Shown piece by piece: positions 1-11,400 of a stretch of DNA of 64,000 nt. Both the position numbers and the translations under genes were made by a program. The DNA is from Camelus dromedarius (Eukaryota): assembly GCF_036321535.1 (NCBI RefSeq), contig NC_087436.1, forward strand, positions 26,414,001 through 26,478,000, given 5' to 3'. The first letter of the stretch is position 1. The number at the start of each line of letters is the position of its first letter. Below the pieces are notes generated by a model. It was not told where the DNA came from and ran no database searches. It was given only the letters and a program-made list of their open reading frames with translations.

Positions 1-984
1 AACACTTGTTGAAAGGATAAATAAGCCACAGTGCTGAATTTAAATACCAGTACTTTATCACATATCATGTCTATCGATAGGTGAATTAGAGCATTTAAAT
101 TAATTCTGTGACATATAAAACATATCTGGGACTTAGATAGTAGCAGGATGTTTCTCCAAACTGTTGGCCAGTCATCCTGGAAGCATAAGCCTTCACGTCT
201 ATTATAATCACTTTCCTAGGCAATGTCTTACCATAGTTGACTGACTATTAGTTGAACACATGAATGTATGTAGATTACAGCAGATATTTATTGCTCTTCA
301 GTCACCCAGAAAGCATTCACCTTTCTTTTGGGAAAAAAACATACTTTGGAGTAGCAAATTCTTTAGCTCATTTTTAGCCTCTGAGACACTGAAAGTTATA
401 GGTGATGTCCTTTCTGGTGCTGGGTTTAAACTTTTTGTTTAATTATTTAATTCCCCTTAGATCCTTAAAATAAATCCCAATTGTATTCAAAATTGCCAGA
501 CTTAAGTTTCTTTTGTCTACAGCCAAATGACCATATCTGTTAAAGTAAACTAAATATGTTATGTGAGGAATACTATAGCATGTAGTTATAGTTTTTCAGC
601 TTTAAAAAATGAAAGAGGGGAAGATGTAGCTTATGACTAAGGGAGAAGCTGTGAATTTTGAAAGGTTTTGCACTGCTTCTGAGAATTCATGTAGATTGTG
701 TCATGCTTCATAACATGCTTCAAATAAAATAAAAAGGATTGGAAGCAGAGAATTTCTGCCCCTAAGCTCATTTATGGTTGTTTCCATTTCTAGCTCTTTC
801 TCTGTTTAGTATTTGACCTCAAAGAGTCAAATATAGTAACAACCACTATGGATTGAACTTCTCTCAAAACTAACTGTTAATGAAAGCAGTAGGCTGCAGG
901 CAGGCCTTTTCTAAATAAAATTGAATCACTTTAGTTGTTTGTATTATTGATGCTTAAAATATCCTATATGACGATTCCACATTA

Positions 985-1773
985 TGATACTGTGATTTAT
1001 AATAAAAATAACGTATTTGGTTTTTGTCCCCAGTTTGGACACAGAGTTCATAAAGCCCTTGGAATTTCCTAATAAGAGTAATAAATGCCTCTTGATATTC
1101 ATAACAAATCCTTTTCAACCACACCTGAGTTTATTTTAATGAGGTGGCTTTGGGAAAGTGCTTAAATATGGGGGCTGGTTGCCAAAAGAAGGAACCAAGT
1201 GAAGAGAGATGGAACTTTCATCCCACTCTGGGGCTACTGAATAAAGCCTACATTAAAAAAAAGGGGGGGGTGTTCAGAGAGATTCCAGGTTGATGGACCC
1301 ATGGAGATTTGGGGAGAGTGGTGCACCTCTTCTCACATACCTTGCCCTATGCCTCTCATCTGGCTGTTCCTGAGTTATGTCCTTTTATAATAAGCCAGTA
1401 GTTTAGTAAGTAAACTGTTTCTCTGAATTCTGCGAATCACTTAGCCAATTAATTGAACATGAGGAGAGGGTACTAGGAATCTCTGATTTATAGTCAGTAA
1501 ATCAGAGGCACAGATGACAATCTGGACTAGAGATTGATTTTTAAATGAGGGGCCACAGTCTGCTGGGGCTGAGCCCTTAACCTCTAGGATCTGACGTTAT
1601 CTTCAGGTAGTATCAGAACTGAGTTAAATTTGTGGGACACTCATTCAGTATCCCTTGAGAACTGGAGAATAGATTGATGTGGGCAAAACCTCTGCATACC
1701 TGGTGCCAGAAGTGTGAGTGTGATAGTAATGTGGAAGTAAGAGACATAAAGGAAGAGTAAGTCTTTTCCAACA
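985..1773 (+). mobile_element. Solo LTR, MER21-like
   Basis: Starts tgatactgtgatttataataaaaataacgtatttggtttttgtcccc...cccttggaatttcct (MER21-like 5' end) and ends ...ttttccaaca; candidate TSD catta/cattg. Family name from recall. Confidence 0.7.
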
Positions 1774-2213
1774 CATTGGACACATATTTTTACATATGTT
1801 TTTGACTTTTTATTTGCTGACAACCATTTGAGATTCATTTAGATAAGAAATATATGATTTCCTTAGTTATTAAAAAGTTAAATATTTTAAAGTTGTTTCC
1901 AATCTTTTCTCCCAATTTTTATATTTCCCAATTCTTTCCACCAATTGAAAGACTGTATAGCATATATATCCTTGTATATCAATACTTTAAACTCAAATAC
2001 TAGCACTATGTTTCTAATTTAGCAAGCATCAAAAATAAACTTGAACAACAATTTCAAAACTTTTCCTCCCACTCTCACATTTGGGAGTTCAAATTTCCAC
2101 AAAAACAAAACAAAACGAAAAAGCAACTTTCTAACATTTAGGACACACCTTAGCACATTATGAAATTGGGGTTAGTGGCTACTCCTTATATTTGCTGTTT
2201 CTATTTTTTTTTT

Positions 2214-2640
2214 ATTGTTCCCTTTACCTCTTTTAATCAAATTTGCATTTCTCCAATCTCCTGTTAAGGTTGATAATGATTTATATTAAACTTTCCCTGT
2301 CCAAATTACTGTATACTTTGCTCTCTGATTGGAGATCCAACTAATACAGATAGCAACACAGTAGCTTCATTCAGTGTCCTCCATAAGGCTTGCTATGGTA
2401 TAAAATTTGATCCATCTAGGAAATTTTAATGTATTTATTATTACTCTTATAATTCCAGAAAAGGACATATAACTCATATACTTTATGACATCATACTTTT
2501 ACTTATTCACGTGTTTCAAAGGTGAGGGTCTATAAAGTATCAAGGTTGAAATTAGAGGGAGAGAAAGAACTTTGCAAACACTCTCACATTGTCCTATTAA
2601 AAAATAATTTTTTATCATCACTTTTCTTGTATTATCAGTG
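2214..2640 (-). pseudogene. N-terminal fragment of bornavirus L polymerase-like gene (EBLL)
   Basis: One frame with only 3 stops in about 130 codons: IKNYFLIGQCESVCKVLSLP ~ [41 protein letters not shown] (2402-2337) ~ [21 protein letters not shown]. Ends at the A-tail. Confidence 0.6.
2608..2614 (-). terminator. Bornavirus-type transcription termination/polyadenylation-like signal TAAAAAA
   Basis: T+A6 just after the M-like segment, inside the IKN codons of the L-like frame; bornaviral T signals are T(A)6-7 in mRNA sense. Confidence 0.45.
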
Positions 2641-3154
2641 ACTGAGGACTCAATCACTGAGGACCTATTTACAACTCAAGATCTTCAAACTTCTCCTTTT
2701 ATTTAACTGTAAGTGTATCCAGTTCTTTTCTGATTTCTCAGTAGTTGCTGCCATGTCAAATTTGGTTGGGTCAGTGAAAGTCCTTCTTTCCAAAATTGAG
2801 CCTGGATATTTGTAAATTCCTAGAGAGTCAACACAAATATTTGCATTCAACCTCTCCCTTCTTCTGGAAAGCAAGGATTTATGTTAGTTGGAAGGATGAT
2901 GATGTAAAATAACAATCAGCTACTCTTTGCTAAAACAAAGTCAAAGCCAGACGTCTTCTAGTCTGTTGCAAATACGGGAATATTCTGTGGATTATCATTA
3001 TTTTTACAGCATTCAAATGGGAATTTGTTTATTCCTATGCACCTGGGTTTCTTTGTTTGAGATTTCAATTCAGTTCCAAAATTTGTGTATTATCACTTAG
3101 ACGTTCCCAATCTGACCCTGATTCTGGGATATGAACTTCATAACTTTGCCCCAT
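2620..3154 (-). pseudogene. Bornavirus matrix protein-like pseudogene (EBLM)
   Basis: ATG at 3154 (MGQSYEV ~ MNSKHSYVE); ILELN ~ MLEID; NIPVF (2984-2970) ~ NIPFL; DSLGIYKYP (2829-2803) ~ NSLSVYKDP; NWIHLQLNKRRS (2724) ~ KYMFLRLNKDQS. Partly ORF 2665..2874. 3' end approximate. Confidence 0.75.
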
Positions 3155-3164
3155 ACCTGGAGTA

Positions 3165-4406
3165 TTACAATAGTTGCCCTCTTTTCCTCTTCAACCATGA
3201 CTAATTTCTCCAAAAGAAAGAATTAGAAAAAATCTGGGTTGTGTTTATATCCATTATTATTAATCGTTCCTGCATATTCATTTATATTTTTCTGATTTTT
3301 TAATCTGAATTCATCAACACCTGACAAATGGCTGGCTTGGTCCTTGTGTAACATATACACATCTGCTCTGATTGATGATCTGTAATCTTAAATTACAATT
3401 CCATTCAGTATCAACCTTGGCCTAAATACAGTCCTTGGCAGTAATGCAACTATTTGCAGAAATATCAGTTCATATAACTCTGGGTCCAGGAACAGCCTCT
3501 GGTACCATATTGCATGGTCACATTTTAAAATGGTCCATTCCTGATTATGATGTATTCTGTTTGTTTGTTTGTTTGTTCTGGCAGGGGAGGGAAGGTAATT
3601 AGGTTTATTTTTAGAGGAGGTACTGAGGATTGAACCTGGGACCTTGTGCATGGTAGGCATGCACTCTACCACTTGAGCTATACCCTCCCCACGATGTATT
3701 ACTATAATTCAAAATTCTTTTCTCTGGTCCTTGACAATATAATTATTGAAAAAAATATCAAATTATTCATTGCAGTTAGCCTGCACCAGCAGTTCTAAAA
3801 CCTGAAGGATAATAAGTATTTAGTTTGATTGTGCAGTCAGTCAGAGCTTTGAATTAATCTAACCAATCCTGATATTGACATCTTCTTGTTATCTCCATAA
3901 AATCACAATTTTCAAATAAATTAGAAGTCCTTAGATGTTGGGCATAACAGCTGATTTTCACTTTAACACTTCCAGCAGGGTAGTTGTAAGTGTTCACAAT
4001 TTAGTGCTGTGCATAGTTTTACTTTTCTAGTGAGTGTGTACAATCTCTGTCAGTTATCCCCAGATTTGCACCTCCAACATCAGAATATTTTCTGCACTTT
4101 TTGACTTTCTTGTGTTATTCAGGAACCATCTTTTCATATTATTCAAGAATGATTTTTAATCAAGGATGCTGGTGAATATAACACCTTTGCTCCCCAAAGC
4201 TGGATAACAGCAGATGAGAATTGTTGCTAAAGAAACCATCACTAGTGTGAGGTTTTATTCTGTGCATTAGTTTCTGCATGGATTTCCATTAACGTTCAAA
4301 ATAATTTAATTGGAATTTCATTTGTACTTAGTTTCTCAAAGAATATTAACCTTATTTATCACACCAACAACATTCTTCAAAAATCCATCCCCTTCCCAAT
4401 TAGCAT
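3165..4406 (-). pseudogene. Bornavirus glycoprotein-like pseudogene (EBLG), disrupted by stops, frameshifts and a SINE
   Basis: Minus-strand peptides in the correct order versus remembered BoDV-1 G: WGAKVLYS (4196) ~ WGFFGSYS; RC-x18-CTALNC (4073-3996) ~ RC-x17-CSFADC; ALTDCTI...SGFRTAGAG (3847) ~ AWEDCEI...GVFGTGIAS; PEAVPGPRVI* (3502-3470) ~ PEARPGLKRVMW; VYVTQGPSQPF (3358) ~ AYGTQADLLPY; basic tail WLKRKRGQLL* ending 3165. ATG at 4406 is in frame with the WG motif. Confidence 0.75.
3557..3690 (-). mobile_element. tRNA-derived SINE, Vic-1 (camelid) type
   Basis: Minus strand GGGGAGGGTATAGCTCAAGTGGTAGAG...GGTTCAATCC (A and B boxes), AAATAAACCTAATTACC tail, (AAAC)n end; TSD atgatgtatt 3547-3556 / acgatgtatt 3691-3700 (one CpG transition). 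Confidence 0.9.
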
Positions 4407-4784
4407 AATTTCTGTAGTTATGCCAAGCCACTCACCTGCCAAATCCTTATATTCTTTTGGTTACAGCCTCATATGGCTTTTCTTTTTCTTCTCTTCACTA
4501 TTTTCCATATTTATTTAGCAACTAGGCTAAAACTTTTTCCATGGGAAAGATTTAGTAGGAAAAATGTGAATGTTTACATACTGACATTTTTGCCCTGTTT
4601 GCAAAATAATCCACCATTATTTTAAGTAGCCTACTTTTTATTTTTTTCCTATTGTGGTAAAATACGGTATCTGCTTTTTATCACTGGGTGTAATGATACA
4701 AGATTTCTATATTATCTTTGAGCTACTTAGTTTTTCCAATGAAAGAAAACCATAAAATTAAACCAAATTTGTCTAAAGATTTTT

Positions 4785-5123
4785 TGTTATAGACTGTTTG
4801 TGTCCCGCAAATTTATATGTTAAAGCCCTGTCCCCCAGTGTGATAGTATTTGGAGGTAAGGCCTTTGGGAAGAAATTAGGTTTAGTTGAGATCATGAAGG
4901 TGGGAACCTCATAATGTATTAGGATCCTTAAAAGAAGAGAAAAAGAGACCAGATCTCTCTCTCTCTCCACCATGTAAGGACAAAGTGGGAAGGTAGTATA
5001 TATAACACAGGAAACATGTTCTCACCAGGGAACTTAATCGTGGACTTCCCAGCATCCAGAACCATGAGAAACAAATGTCTGTTGTTTTAAGCCACCCAGT
5101 CTATGGCAGCCTAAACTGAGACA
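4785..5123 (+). mobile_element. MaLR solo LTR, MLT1A-like
   Basis: tgttatagactg...ggcctttgggaag...gttttaagccacccagtctatgg...ctgagaca; TG..CA termini. Confidence 0.8.
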
Positions 5124-7729
5124 GTATTTTTGGTTGCTTATACTAGTCATGGTTGACAGAAGTGATTTATTTTTGCTCAACTGTTGGTATTTAACAGCAT
5201 AATTATGTTTTACTTTGATTAAGGAGTGCCCCATGATTCCAAAATAGATGATTTTCTATTTAAAGAGTGGTGATTCAGCACTCTAATTCCACTTCTAATG
5301 CGCATTGTAACAAAGTAAGGTTCAGTTTTGTTGCATTAAATGTTTACATTACTTAGTATATAATACCTGTATATCCATAAATACATAATATTATATAAAT
5401 GAATATATTAATATTTTAGTTTATTTCATGTTACTTGAGAAAAAGGAGTTGATTAGTTGAGCGTTTTGTTTTTTGAATTTATCTCCTGATCAGCTGTATC
5501 CTATACATTGAACTTAATAGATCCTCTGTTACGCAACACAAGGGGCTGGCTGGACCTCAACACCCAAGGTAGCCACATACTTCTCAAATTCTCCAGTCAC
5601 ATGACTTTTCTTGAATGTAGTTTTTTCAGTACCACCATCACCAACCAATATAAGTTTGAACTGAACTTGGGGTTCTCTTTAGACAGCCATCATGATGTTA
5701 CTTCCAGAAGCATCTCAGCGCCCGTCTGACTGAGCTAATTAGTTGAGTTTTTCTGTAAGACTAGGTTAGTAATTACCCTTAAAGGTTTAAAGTAAATTAA
5801 AGGAAAAAAAGGAACCAAGGCCATCTTGAGAATGAGTTTGTAGAAGGGAAGAGGGGTTATTTGATGCTTGTTCTCCAACAAGAGCTTTTGGCAAATATGG
5901 CTGATGCAGTTCACTGGCATTTGAGGAGCTATTTTTCATTCTTAGCTAGGAGAATTCAGAGAAATAGTTGAAAAATATTTTCTCTCTGCTGGCGACTATA
6001 TAGAGCTGACATTGTAAAATAATGTTTTACTCCTATAGAATTTCGCTTTACTGAATTTCTACAGCCTATAGTATTAATGAATAGAAATAAAGATGGAAAT
6101 ATGCACAATTAGCTAAAATAGTTAGGACTTGCAAAAAGTATATAAGGAAGTAGCACTTATAGTAACTCACTTAAAATCTGAGTATTGAAAATACTAGAAT
6201 TGATGTCTTTAGAAATTCTGACTTCACTTTTATTGAGCTATTTACTTGATAATTAACTCTGAGTAAAGTAGCATTCAGCAGTGTGAGAGTGGTACACTTT
6301 CATGAAGGGTATAGTTACTGCTGCTTTACAGTTGGATCAAGTCTACCTTATCTGTAACCAGAAGGGATAGATTTATAATCTTGAGATTTTCTTTGAAGTA
6401 TTTTCTTTGTCATGTACTCTTAATTGTGAAAGATTAATATGGTCAAGTCAGAGCTAAAAAAGGACATTAGCCATATATTTTCACACTAAAATTTCAGTCA
6501 TATTGACTGTCCTAATTTTCCATATACCAGCTACTTTACATTATGTTTATTAGTAATGTGGAAAACTTCTAATGAAGTGTTTATAATTGGTGAAAGGTTG
6601 ACATAAGTTAAAGTACTTCGTATATACAGCAAGTATTCTGTGTAACAATTCTGCTTAGGGCATATAGAATTTAATACCATGCATTACTTTTGACAATTCT
6701 ACATGGAGCAAAAAATTGTTACATTTCATGTTACCTTTAGATCCTTGTACTCTACTCTTCCCAAGTAATTAGACCTGTGGAAAAGAACCTTACAAAACAG
6801 TCTAAGGCTATGCATACTGTAGTGTAACAGCCAGAAATTCATTGTTTGGTAGTGTCAGAAAACTTGTTTCCCCATTAAATGAGCTTGCTAACATATTTTG
6901 TAAAAATCTATTGAGGATAAGAACTAGTAATCTTTCTTGTTTTGACTTACAGTGAAAAAAGTCAGAAAGGGCTAATTTTGATTTCTTATCTTTATGTAAT
7001 ATATTGATTCTTATGTACTCAACTAATTGTCACAAACATGCTACTGCATATTAGATTTTTTTAAAACTGTTTTTCAGTGTGATTACTATTCCACTGTTAA
7101 TGATTTGAAACAGGGAGCTTTGTCCCCTTGAAGAAGATACTAAATTAATGAACCTGATGCAAACAATTTGGTTCCAAAAGCTGATGCTTTAAATTATACC
7201 CTCTGGCTAAAAGAAGTTAAAATTTTTGGAAAAGCAAACTTGACCCAAATGCAATTTTAACAATTTGTGAGAAAAGAAGTAATCTTGTCCCTTACTACAC
7301 TTCCTTCCATTATGACAGAATTGATTTGATAAAAATAATATCTAATTTTGTCCCAGATTTAAAAGTTTCCAGGTCCCCCAAGTGAATCCCAAAACTTTGA
7401 CGAGGTTTTTTACTTGTCGTTAGACAAAAGGGAACAGAAAGGACAATGTCACAAGTTGTGTGTGAGTATGTCAACTCATCAAACTATGCTGTGTTTTTAT
7501 GTTATTTTCCACCTTTATGATTTAAAAAAATTTTTTTGGTTTTTAAATCGTAGAGTAATAGAGTAATAAAAGTGTTGCTACATCTTAATCCTACTTGCAA
7601 AACTATAAAACTAATAGTCTTATGGGTCACTTTCATCTTCTTTTCATTCTTTTTTTTTTGTTTTCTTAATTTGCTCTTCTTTTTCTTACTTTCTTTTGCT
7701 TTACTTATCTGTGAATTCAAACTGTTGTA

Positions 7730-8187
7730 ATCATGGCCCCCAACATGATGTTCAAGGCCTTATTTTTCCAGACCCATCTTTCATAATCTCTAAACAAATG
7801 TATACTATTCAACCATATCCAACTCTTACTCTTCTGTGCCTTTGCATTTGCTATCATTTCTTCTGAAGATTTTTTTCTAATGTCTCCTTCACATGCATTT
7901 AAATTTTAAAAAAGGTGTAAATCATACTTCAAGACCCTAACATCTCAAACACATTTAAACATCCTTCCTCTCTAGTCTCTTGGTACAGCCTGTAATTGCA
8001 CTTACCACATTGCATTATAATTTTTTTAATGTGCTTGGCTTTCATAACATGATCTTACTGAGAATTGGAACTATGCCTAATTTGTTCTTGTATTTCCATT
8101 TCCTGGAATATAATGTATGCAACAGTCATTTAATTACAATTTCATGCATGAATTCCTGATTAAATGAATGAATGAATGAATGAATGA
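7730..8187 (+). mobile_element. L2 3' fragment with (TGAA)n tail
   Basis: gcacttaccacattgcattataat...; ends in aatgaatgaatgaatgaatga, typical of L2 ends. Boundaries approximate. Confidence 0.6.
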
Positions 8188-8286
8188 CTCATCATAGCTA
8201 TCACTAGCTCCGACAAAATTACCCTGAATGTAGCTTATTTGCTAATTGTACAAAGATGGGATTTAAATGTTTACATTATTTGGTCC

Positions 8287-8462
8287 GTAGATTTTCAACT
8301 CTGTGCTTCAACACTTGCAGAGCTTTATAAAAATACGTGTTTGGTCTTCAGTCTTAGAGAGTCTGATCTGTTGTTTTGAGGGTGGTTTCTGGTAATTATG
8401 TATTTGTCCCTTAGTTTTAATTTTCACTCATGATTCTTGTGTGCAGTCATTTGAGAACAAGG
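8287..8462. mobile_element. MER5-like hAT MITE (degenerate)
   Basis: ttttcaac...tgattcttgtgtgcag...tttgagaac resembles MER5 termini. Confidence 0.4.
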
Positions 8463-11400
8463 TGTATCAATAATTTTGAAGGAAAGTCTCACAGTGTAAT
8501 TGGCTCAATATTAAAAACATAGAATATGAATAAAAAGTACAGCAATAGTGCCTGCCTTGAAGCCTTTCAATACATTTTGATTAATTGTAGAGTGCCAGTT
8601 TGACAATTATTCATACTTGCTTTGCATGTAATTTTATTCCATTTAAATCACATCTGCAGAACTTAGACAGAATTTCAGTTATTTGCCAGCATTGAGGACA
8701 TTAGTAACTACTTCCTGACCTTGAAAACTAGCTAGTGATGAACAAGATGACTAGTGCATATGAGGGGGTTGGGGTCTATGACTACAAATAAATTCTGCTT
8801 TGATGTTTGTGCTACAGTATCTGTATTGTGATTTACGGAAGTTTTGATATCTTTAGCTCAGCCATACGTAGCTTCACTGGAATAGGGAGTATTGCTGTGA
8901 CTTGATTAATCTAGTGACAGTTTGTGGTTTCACTCTTCGAGAAGGACAGTAAAATAAGATTTAGTTGTAATGATATGTATAGTATAGAGTTTCATAAAAC
9001 CTTATCTCATAAAATGCCTGAATAACTTTCCAAGTGGTAAGAAAGAAGGAAAAAAAACAAAAATTTATGGCAAAAATAATAAAGAAGGTTCTGCTATTGA
9101 AGTCTGGCCTGTACTGCTGGAACTCCAATAGCATGCGTTAAAGTGGAAACAATCTTGATGAAACTGCCTATCTAATACTATTGTTCTTTCGTCTTACTTG
9201 ATTTGTGGAACAGCACCCATACAGATGTGAGTTTCCCAACATCATTGTCAATATCATTATAGGATTCTGTGTGTTGGTTCTAAATCATTATGGATAGTTG
9301 CTGGACAAGTCACAGAACAAATTATTTTATATATACAGTTTTAGTGACTTTTATTTATATTTTAACACTTAAAATGGTACACTTAAATACCAAATATATA
9401 TTAAAACAAAAATATAATAATTAACATGAGTTTTACTGATAAGTGAAAATACTATGGTAAGTAGCTGATATTAATCCATGTGGGTATACAGTAGGATTTC
9501 TCAACCTGGGTTCCTCACTTAAATAAGGTGTGGTTATGGGTAGTGCGAAGGATCATAATACAAAAAGAAATATTTTGTGCCTTGTGCAAGATCTTAGCAC
9601 ACACAGTGATGGAGCAGCTTCATTATCACATTTTAGAATCTTTTTTTCACTCCCAGATAGCAATGTGTGCAAAAGCACTGTGCTCTTTTGATTGTGCTCA
9701 TTCTCACTTTTGATATCGCATAGGAGAGGCTGTTTATAATTGGTGAGTCCTAAGTATACTCAGGGGAAGAGAGGAGGCCAATGACATCAGACTCTCCCTC
9801 CCAAATCATGTACCCTAAACCCCCTCTTAGGCATCACCTACTGATTTAGAAAATCATAGGAGCAAACATGCTCTACCATCATAAAAGAAAGTCAGAAGGA
9901 AAATTTAATTCAGAAGAAAGAATTTCTGTATGTTGCAACTGGCTACCTACTTTCACACTTTGCTGTTGTTCCAAATATTCCATAATAAACTTTTCTGTTT
10001 TATATCTTATTAGCCTTTTTTTTTTAAACAAAGATGTCTGAGAGTTAAGTGTGATGGTTGTTGAAAGTGAGATGTGAAAGAAAGAGGAGTATTCTAGGTC
10101 TAAGCCAGTAAACAGCTCTGAAAAGGTTGGTGATGAACAGCTATAATCTTCTGAGTCATTTCAGAAATATAACAAGGACACACACATCAAAAAAAAAAAA
10201 AAAAAAAAACAAAGAAAACAGCCAACCATTACAATGAAAGTTTCTTATCCTTGGGCCTTTTCCTGGGGGTTTAATCCACATTTCCTATTCCACTATGTGG
10301 CAAGTAAACTAAAAATGCAGGAATGGCTCCAGCAAAATTGAAATATACTTCATTACAAGTTACAGCCTTTTGACACTTAGAGGTGCTGATTACTTTAAAG
10401 ATGTTAGAATCACAAAATTGAAGTTTTCATTTTAAAAAGTCACATTAGGAAGCAAGTTATTTAGTAACCAGACTTATTGCCCAGAGAAGGAAAAGTCACA
10501 CAGTTGATGAGAACCTAATAATATCAGTATGTAAAATGATAGTGATTAAAATGCTAGGACAAGATGCAGTATGAGGATTTGGAAAGGTTCCCCTCTCGAA
10601 CAGTATGATAATAGACATGTTAATATCAAACCACATCATGCTGAAGAAGTTTTGTGTAATAATCTGGAGAACATCAGCTCTTTTACCAGGTAATTAGTCT
10701 TGAGATTTCTTCAGTAAATGTCATGCTGTAGCATTTGTAAGGCTGGTGAATGGTAGTGAGATTCAAGAATTTTTTTTTCCCTACTGCAAAGAGCAGACTG
10801 AAACAAGCAAAGGCCAAGCTGTTTTTCATGTTTTCCCTCTTATCTGCAAACAGAGTCTGTCTTGGAGGGACTCTGTTGACATTTGTGCTGACAGTGCCCC
10901 ACCAATGTTTGGTTTCATGAGAGGTTTTATATCTCTTTAAATGAAAGAAAATCCTGATGTAGTCACAACAATGCTTTCTTCATTGAGAAATGCTGGTGAC
11001 AAAAGTTCTTGAAGTTGAAATTTAAAAAAGAAGTTTTGAACGATGCTACAAAAGTACTTTACTTGTTAAACAAAGACCAATTTTACTTGAGAATGTTTTA
11101 AAAATGTGTGTACACCTGGTCAAAGGGCACATACATTTGCTACGCACAGAAATCCAGTAGGTTAGTAAAGGAACAGTGTTCAGCAGGGTGTTTCAGCAGA
11201 GAGGTGAATTAGAGGATGCTGTCAGGAAAATAGTAGGTTTCATTCCATGGAGAATTTTAAGGTAAACTATAACTGCCAAAACTGGTCTAACAGGTCTTTG
11301 TGAGGGCTTGCAGAAAATGTTGTCAAAGGAAACAATCTTTTGAAAAACAAGCTGCAAAAGGAAAGGAAGGTGTTTCTACTCCTGCTTGGACTTGCGTATG

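Larger units (their letters stand above)
2193..4443 (-). mobile_element. Endogenous bornavirus-like element (G-M-L' polycistronic retrocopy)
   Basis: Exact 10-bp direct repeat tccttatatt at 2183-2192 and 4444-4453; T10 run at 2204-2213 (poly-A on minus); collinear G-, M- and L-like peptide motifs in between. Confidence 0.75.

Noticed and set aside
3388..3672. 94-aa ORF
   Set aside because: Starts inside the SINE and reads the EBLG region out of frame; not a gene.
3557..3690. tRNA gene
   Set aside because: A/B boxes are present, but the SINE tail, simple-repeat end and TSD show it is a SINE.
10188..10209. Poly-A run as a retrocopy tail
   Set aside because: No TSD or recognisable upstream retroposed body.
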